From Hyaloraphidium curvatum SAG 235-1 (taxonomy: Eukaryota; Fungi; Monoblepharomycota): a stretch of 64,000 nucleotides of DNA. This document shows, piece after piece, positions 58,554 to 64,000 of the stretch (position 1 is its first letter; each line of letters starts with the position of its first letter). The stretch is from the NCBI GenBank assembly GCA_025558095.1, contig JAIVFI010000014.1:620001-684000 (forward strand), written 5' to 3'. The notes beneath the pieces are model-generated. The model was not told the DNA's origin. It saw nothing but the letters and a program-made list of their open reading frames with translations, and did not search any database. The translations under genes and the position numbers were made by a program.

Positions 58554-60185
58554 ATGGAACCACCGGACCAGCCCTCCCCGCTCTCGTACCTGCCGCGGCC
58601 GCCGATGGCCGTGCCGGAACCCGCCTCGCCCCCGTGGGGGCCCGCGAAGCCCGCGAGGCCGGGCGCGCAGTCGCCGCCGGCCGACGCCCTCCGCCCGCTG
58701 TCCTCGTCGTTCGGCTCGACGACCACGCTGGCCGAGCGGCCCGCGCGCTACTCGCCGTACCCGCCGTCGTCGTGCTCGACGCTCGCGTCCGGCGCCGCCT
58801 CGGCGCGCACGCCGTCGGGCCCGCTGGCCGCCGCGCGCCGCCACGCCGGCCACGACTACTTCGCGCCGCGCCCGCGCTCGGCCTCGCGCGGCAAGGCCGC
58901 CTCGGCGCCCGCCGTCGACGACGAGTCGCCCGACGCGGACTCGCCCGCGCTGCCCGCGCCGCACGCCGGCTCGCGCTCGCTGCCCCTCACCCGCCGCCGC
59001 CCCGACCTCGCCGGCGAGCAGCCGGCCGCGCCGGCAAAGGTCAACCTGCTGCAGGCGCTGTTCCCGCCGCCCGCTGCCGCCGCGCCCGAACACTACCCCC
59101 TGGAGCCGCTCGCGCTGCTCTTCACGCTGGGCATCCACGCCGCGTGGAACTCGGTGCCCCTCCCCGCCCTGCGCGCCGCCATCCTCTCGCTGCCGGACCC
59201 GCTGCGCCCGCCGGAGGTCTCGGCCGGCAAGCTGTTCCGCTTCTACCAGTGGTCGCACCAGCTGCTCTCCCGCACGCGGCTGCCCGCCTTTTCCGTGCTC
59301 TCGGCCCTGGTCTACGTGCACCGCCTCTGCTCCTCCCCGACGCACGCCGCGTCCGCGGGCTTGCCCGTGGACCCCGGGTCGGAGTACCGCGTGGCGTCGA
59401 CCGCCGCGATCCTGAGCAACAAGTACCTGGACGACAACCGCTTCACCAACCGGACCTGGGGCACCGTCACGGGCTTCTCCGTCGCCGAGCTGACCCGCAT
59501 GGAGGTCGAGTTCGGGCACTCGATCTCGTGGGACCTGGCGGTGAACGAGGGGCAGTGGTCCGCCTTCATCGCCGACCGCATCGTCGGCGCCGGGCTGTGG
59601 AGGCTCGCGGTGGACGTGCTGGGCGCGCGCGTGCCGGGGATGCAGGACGGCGTCGAGTGCGCGACGAGGGTGCTCACGGTCATGACGCGGAAGCTCCCGC
59701 AGGACGATGCCCCCGCGCTGCCGGCGGCCAGGCCGAAAGCCTCCCCGGCGCCGGCCGGCGCGCCCGGATCGGACCTCATCTCGGCGCTCGCCAACCGCCG
59801 CCTGCCCTCCGCGACGGACCGCCGCTCCTCCGAGGCGCTGCAGGCCCTCGCGGCGGTGCAGGCGCACCACCGCCAGGCCTCTTTGGTGCAGGCCGCCGCC
59901 TCGGCGTGCAAGCCCGAGCGCGCGGGCTCGGCCGCCTTTTCGGACGTGAGCTCCGCGACCCTCGGCGGGCGCTCGGCGGCATCGATGCCGCTCCCCGGAC
60001 ACACCCACCGCGGCCGGCCCGCGGCGGCGGACCCGTGCGCGGACGGCCGGCTCGCGGAGCTGGTGGAGCAGATCCAGCGCGCGGCGCGGCTGGAGCCGCT
60101 GGACCCCCGCGCGGCGGTGCCGGCGCACGGCTTGGTGCGCGTGCGGAGGGACGATGCGGGGATGGTGGGGATGGTGCCGTCTTGA
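58554..60185 (+). CDS. Pho85/PCL-type cyclin (Clg1/Pas1-like)
   Basis: LLSRTRLP..VLSALVYVHRL..EYRVASTAAILSNKYLDDNRFTNRTWGTVTGFSVAELTRMEVEF..WDL. Confidence 0.88.
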   Translation: MEPPDQPSPLSYLPRPPMAVPEPASPPWGPAKPARPGAQSPPADALRPLSSSFGSTTTLAERPARYSPYPPSSCSTLASGAASARTPSGPLAAARRHAGHDYFAPRPRSASRGKAASAPAVDDESPDADSPALPAPHAGSRSLPLTRRRPDLAGEQPAAPAKVNLLQALFPPPAAAAPEHYPLEPLALLFTLGIHAAWNSVPLPALRAAILSLPDPLRPPEVSAGKLFRFYQWSHQLLSRTRLPAFSVLSALVYVHRLCSSPTHAASAGLPVDPGSEYRVASTAAILSNKYLDDNRFTNRTWGTVTGFSVAELTRMEVEFGHSISWDLAVNEGQWSAFIADRIVGAGLWRLAVDVLGARVPGMQDGVECATRVLTVMTRKLPQDDAPALPAARPKASPAPAGAPGSDLISALANRRLPSATDRRSSEALQALAAVQAHHRQASLVQAAASACKPERAGSAAFSDVSSATLGGRSAASMPLPGHTHRGRPAAADPCADGRLAELVEQIQRAARLEPLDPRAAVPAHGLVRVRRDDAGMVGMVPS

Positions 60186-60524
60186 AGCTGGCGATGCGCA
60201 CGGGGTGCATCGGAGTGCATTGGGGTGCGCGGGTAATGTATGCGGGTGCCTGGTGCAAGATGTACACGAGACGCTGGAGGGGGGGCGGTAGAGTAATTTG
60301 CTTCATTCTTCTCGCGGTCCGCGGTCCGAGCTCCGTGCGATGGCCTCGCGCGGGGCGGGAAAGTGCGGCCGACGCCTCTGTTTACGACAACGCCACGCAT
60401 ATGCGCCCAAACCTTTACCTTGATCCCCGCGGGCTCGTGCGCCCACGTGGTCTGTCGGCCTCCTATCTCGAAAGGAGCGTCAGCATGGCCTCCCTTTCCA
60501 TTCAGCGATGACGCACCGGTAACG

Positions 60525-62391
60525 ATGGCGGCCACGGACCCCGCACCCCGCCCCGACGGGCCGGCGGTGATCCTCCTGCTGCCGGCCGAGCCGCCGCCGC
60601 CGGCCGCCGACGCGTGGGGCAACCTGTCTGCCGCGGGCGTGCGGCGCGCGCAGCATTTCGCGCGGACGCTCGGGACGGGCCGCGGCCACGGGCTGGCGGC
60701 AGAGGGCCGGAGGGGCAGCAGGCGCAGCGGCGAGTCGAGCCCGCTGCTGGCCCCGCCGAGCCCCGCGCCCTCGCCCAAGCCCTCGTCGTCCTTCCGCATC
60801 CTGGACTACCTCTCGCCCAGGCTGCGGCCGCAGCCCCCGGCCCCGGACGACCCGGCCGCGCTCCCGCCGATAACAAAGATCCTCGCTCCGCGCCCCGCGC
60901 TGATCCTCGCCTCCGAGGTGGCGCCCTCCAAAGGCTGGCTCCCGAAATCCCGCGCCGCCGCGCGCGGCTTCGCGGGGCTCCGGCCGCGCCAGACCGTCGA
61001 GCCGCTCGCCCGCGCGCTGGGGCTCAAGGTGGAGCAGAGGCTGCCCGCCGAGGCGTGGAAGGACGCCGTCGAGGAGATACGGGGGGCCGAGGGGACGGTG
61101 GTGGTGTGCTGGGAGCGCGAGGGGGCCGAGAAGATCGGGGGGCAGCTGCTGAGCGACGAGGGGTTCGCGGAGGCCGTCGAGGCGGGGCTGGCGGCGGCGC
61201 CGAGGGAGGCGGGGGGCAAGGAGGGAGGGAAGGGGAAGGATAAGGGGAAAGGGAAGGGGAAGGAGGCGGTGGCGGGTGCGGAGGAGGGCGGGGAGGGCGG
61301 TGGGGAGGGAGAGCAGGGCGGGGAGGAGTGGACAGAGGCGCTCGCCCCTGCGGACGACGCGCCCGGCGCCAAACCGCCCTCCGACAAGGGCAAGGGCAAG
61401 GACAAGCCCAAGCCCAAGGCCGGCAAGGGCAAGGGCAAGGAGAAGCCCGGCGAGCCCGCGCCGGGGCCCGATGCCCCGATCGCCGGCACCTTCGTGGTGA
61501 ACGGGGACGACGATTCGGATTCGGGGTTGGACGACGACGAGGACGAATTGGACGACGGCGCGCCGCGGGACGGGGCGCCGGCGATCGCGGTCGCGTCCGC
61601 CTCGCCGGAACCGATGGACGCGGATGCCCCCGTCGAGGTGCCGCCCGACCCGCCGCAGCAGCCGGCGAAGGAGGGCAAGGGCAAGAAGAAGCGGAAGGAC
61701 AAGGGCGGGTCCGTCGGGAGCATGCCGCCGGACGGCGCGTCGGCGGAGGCGCCTGACTCCGTCCCCGGTGCGCCGGGCCGAACTGCCGGCGACGGACCGG
61801 GCGACCAATCCTCTGCACCTGCGTCCGCGGAGGAACCCGGATCGCCCGCCCGGGCCGACGCGGCAGCGGCCGACGTTTCCGAACCCCCCTGCGAACCCTC
61901 CGCTCCCCCGCCCGGCAACACCCCCACGGACCCCGATCCCCCAGCCGACGGCAAGCCCAAGGACAAGGACAAGAAGGACAAGGGCAAGAAGAAGCCCAGG
62001 CCCGACCCCGCCGACCCGACGGACGCCCCGGCGCTCGACCGCGCCGACACCCTCTCCCGCGGCTCCGAGTCCTCCTCCAAAGGCAAGGGCAAGAAATCCC
62101 CCGACAAGGAAAAGGACCGCAAGGGGCGCAGGGTGGCGTTCCCACCGGGTCCGCTGGGGCACGACACCTACCTCGTCTTCCGGGACGGCAGGGTTCGCCC
62201 TGAGCGGATGCTGTTCGACGCCGCCGGCACCCCGATCTTTGCGCCGGAGGACTTGGATCCCGCGGATCTGGACCGGCTGGATCTCGGGGACGCCGGCGGG
62301 GACGGGGGGTGGGGGGGGGGAGGGGGGGCTGGGGACGGGGTGCTGCTGGTTGGGGGGCCACGGGTGCGGGCCGGGGTGCGGGGTGCAGTAG
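60525..62391 (+). CDS. Degenerate histidine-phosphatase (PGM/SixA-like) domain protein with long K/D/P-rich insert; true end ambiguous because of a G-run (62391 or 62582)
   Basis: VILLLPAEP..NLSAAGVRRAQ..RPRQTVEPLARALGL..TVVVCWER. Confidence 0.55.
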
Positions 62392-62729
62392 ATGCGCGGT
62401 GTTTGGGCGGTTTTGCGGTGCGGAATCGAGATCAAGGGGGATGGGAAGGGGATTGTTGGCTTTTTGACCGAGCGGTCCAACGCGCTGGTCGCGGTCCGAG
62501 GACAAAAGCCTGCGCACGAAGCTGGCCGGCGACAGCTTTCCGCGCCTCGCGCACACGAAACACCCGGCGCCCGATATCATGAGCGACGACATCAACGCCG
62601 CTGCCGCCGGTGAGGCCGGCTCCGGCTGGGAAGCCATGGACCGGCGGTTGTGCGTGACGTGTCCGAGCGGTTCGCGCTCGGCTGCGGCACGGACGCTTCC
62701 ACGGATCTTCTGAACAGCGGAAGCTTTCT

Positions 62730-62869
62730 CTGACAATTGCGACTACTGGGGGCTCCAAGGGAAGCTCAGCAAGTGCGACCGGTGCCGCGTTGCTCTTTAC
62801 TGCGGGTCCGATTGCCAGCGCAAGCAGTAGGTCGCCCACAAGGCCAAGTGCTTCGAGGCAATGCCTTAG
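62730..62869 (+). pseudogene. MYND zinc-finger remnant, paralogous to the 52940 gene
   Basis: CDYWGLQGKLSKCDRCRVALYCGSDCQRKQ*VAHKAKC: the second Cys is replaced by W, and TAG at 62828-62830 replaces the conserved Trp. Confidence 0.8.
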
Positions 62870-63028
62870 CGTGCCGTGACAGAGCGATGCTGATGTACTC
62901 GGGCGGATGGGAATCTAATCGCACTGGCGACGGCCGCGTCCCTCGCGCGTCTCTTCTTTGTCCCCCATTGCAGTAGTCTCGTGCCTCGAAGGCGCAGCGT
63001 CGCTCCGTCCCACGCGGTGCCGCCACAA

Positions 63029-64000
63029 ATGGAAGACCCGAATACTGAATTTGGCGATCGGGACGACGGCCCGGCCGCCAAGGACGGCCTGAACGGCGCG
63101 CTGCCCGACTCCGGCGCGGCGCGCCTCACGGACCTCGAATGGCTGGCTCTGCTGCCCGCCCGACCTCCGCGCCCCCAGTCTCTGCCGTGGAAGGTCTCTC
63201 CCACGCCCGACCCGGCGGCGGAGGTCCGCCATGAGGACCCTCTGACGGCCGCGCGGCTGTTGGCCATTTTGTCTCCAGAACCCCTTCTCCGGCGCTGGGC
63301 AGGGCTCCAGCTCTGGTTTCAGCCCTACGTCCCCTTCTTCTTTGTGCACTGGCTCTCGGAAATCGTCCAACAATCTTCGTTGTTCATCGCCATACCGCTG
63401 GTTGCTACTGTCGAAGGCGTCACCTTCACGACGCGCCAAATGGTGACCGGACTCGTCGCTCATACACTGTGCAATGCCTTGTATGTCGCTGCTGTTATCC
63501 GTAGCGGCGTTTTCCAGCGCAAGCTGCTGCGGGAGGAAGCCGGCGATGCCGCAGGCCTTAAGGACTCTAATACCCTGGATCGGTCCGACATGGGCCACCT
63601 TGCACGCTGGCTCCAATTGACCTCGGAGGGGGACGCTTCGGAACGCGGCGGCGCCCTTCTGGCCCACCGCGAGGATGACGCTTGGTGCCCCTGCAGCAGA
63701 CCTTCCTGCGGTGGCAACGAAGCGAAAAGGGCGGGGCTGTTGGCGGTCGCGCACGCAACAGGATGGCCCGCCGTCCTGGGCGTGGCCTATGCCCTCTTCC
63801 AACCATACACTCAAATCGTCACCTTGGCCCCGTTCACGTGGACGCAGGCCTGGAGCGCGAGCACCGCAGCGCTGATGCTGGCTCTGCTCGTGACGCTCTT
63901 CTATGCCATACCGGTGGCCATATTCAGCCACGCAAAGAGCCTACCCACTCTTGGACTAGAAGGGCGCATGCAGCGGCGCTCTTTCTCGTTGGCATTGGCA
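63029..64000 (+). CDS. 7-TM family member 6, runs off the window end (absent from the ORF track)
   Basis: My translation: MEDPNTE..LTDLEWLALLP..PLTAARLL..LARWLQL..LLAHREDDAWCPCSRPSCGG..YTQIVTLAPFTW..LEGRMQRRSFSLALA. Confidence 0.8.
   Translation, partial: MEDPNTEFGDRDDGPAAKDGLNGALPDSGAARLTDLEWLALLPARPPRPQSLPWKVSPTPDPAAEVRHEDPLTAARLLAILSPEPLLRRWAGLQLWFQPYVPFFFVHWLSEIVQQSSLFIAIPLVATVEGVTFTTRQMVTGLVAHTLCNALYVAAVIRSGVFQRKLLREEAGDAAGLKDSNTLDRSDMGHLARWLQLTSEGDASERGGALLAHREDDAWCPCSRPSCGGNEAKRAGLLAVAHATGWPAVLGVAYALFQPYTQIVTLAPFTWTQAWSASTAALMLALLVTLFYAIPVAIFSHAKSLPTLGLEGRMQRRSFSLALA

Overview
This is GC-rich, gene-dense eukaryotic DNA with short GT-AG introns (about 50-70 nt, CTGAC/CTAAC branch points). 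It is fungal, as it carries a Zn2Cys6 factor, SUR2, a PCL/Clg1-type cyclin and a fungal-type GT49; an early-diverging, possibly Monoblepharidomycete-like lineage is my inference only. Housekeeping genes (SWIRM protein, PP2A catalytic subunit, RNase H1, ERCC1/Rad10, cystinosin, MFS, SUR2, cyclin) surround two unusual things. (1) A roughly 21 kb cluster (10.1-31.3 kb) of predicted type II membrane glycan enzymes: a UDP-glucuronate 4-epimerase-like SDR, three intact plus two broken GT92-like DxD glycosyltransferases, three GT-B-like proteins, a membrane-anchored PL4 rhamnogalacturonan lyase and a GT49. It resembles a biosynthetic locus for a galacturonate-containing, pectin/RG-I-like polysaccharide. 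(2) Six dispersed paralogs of an unannotated 7-TM family whose topology and split TM7 resemble gustatory-receptor-like/DUF3537 7TM ion channels. Also present are a 5'-truncated RLE-type non-LTR retroelement fragment, a bacterial-looking ChaC, a degenerate histidine phosphatase and several pseudogenes. All assignments come from motif recognition by eye; no searches were run, and exon boundaries are approximate unless stated.
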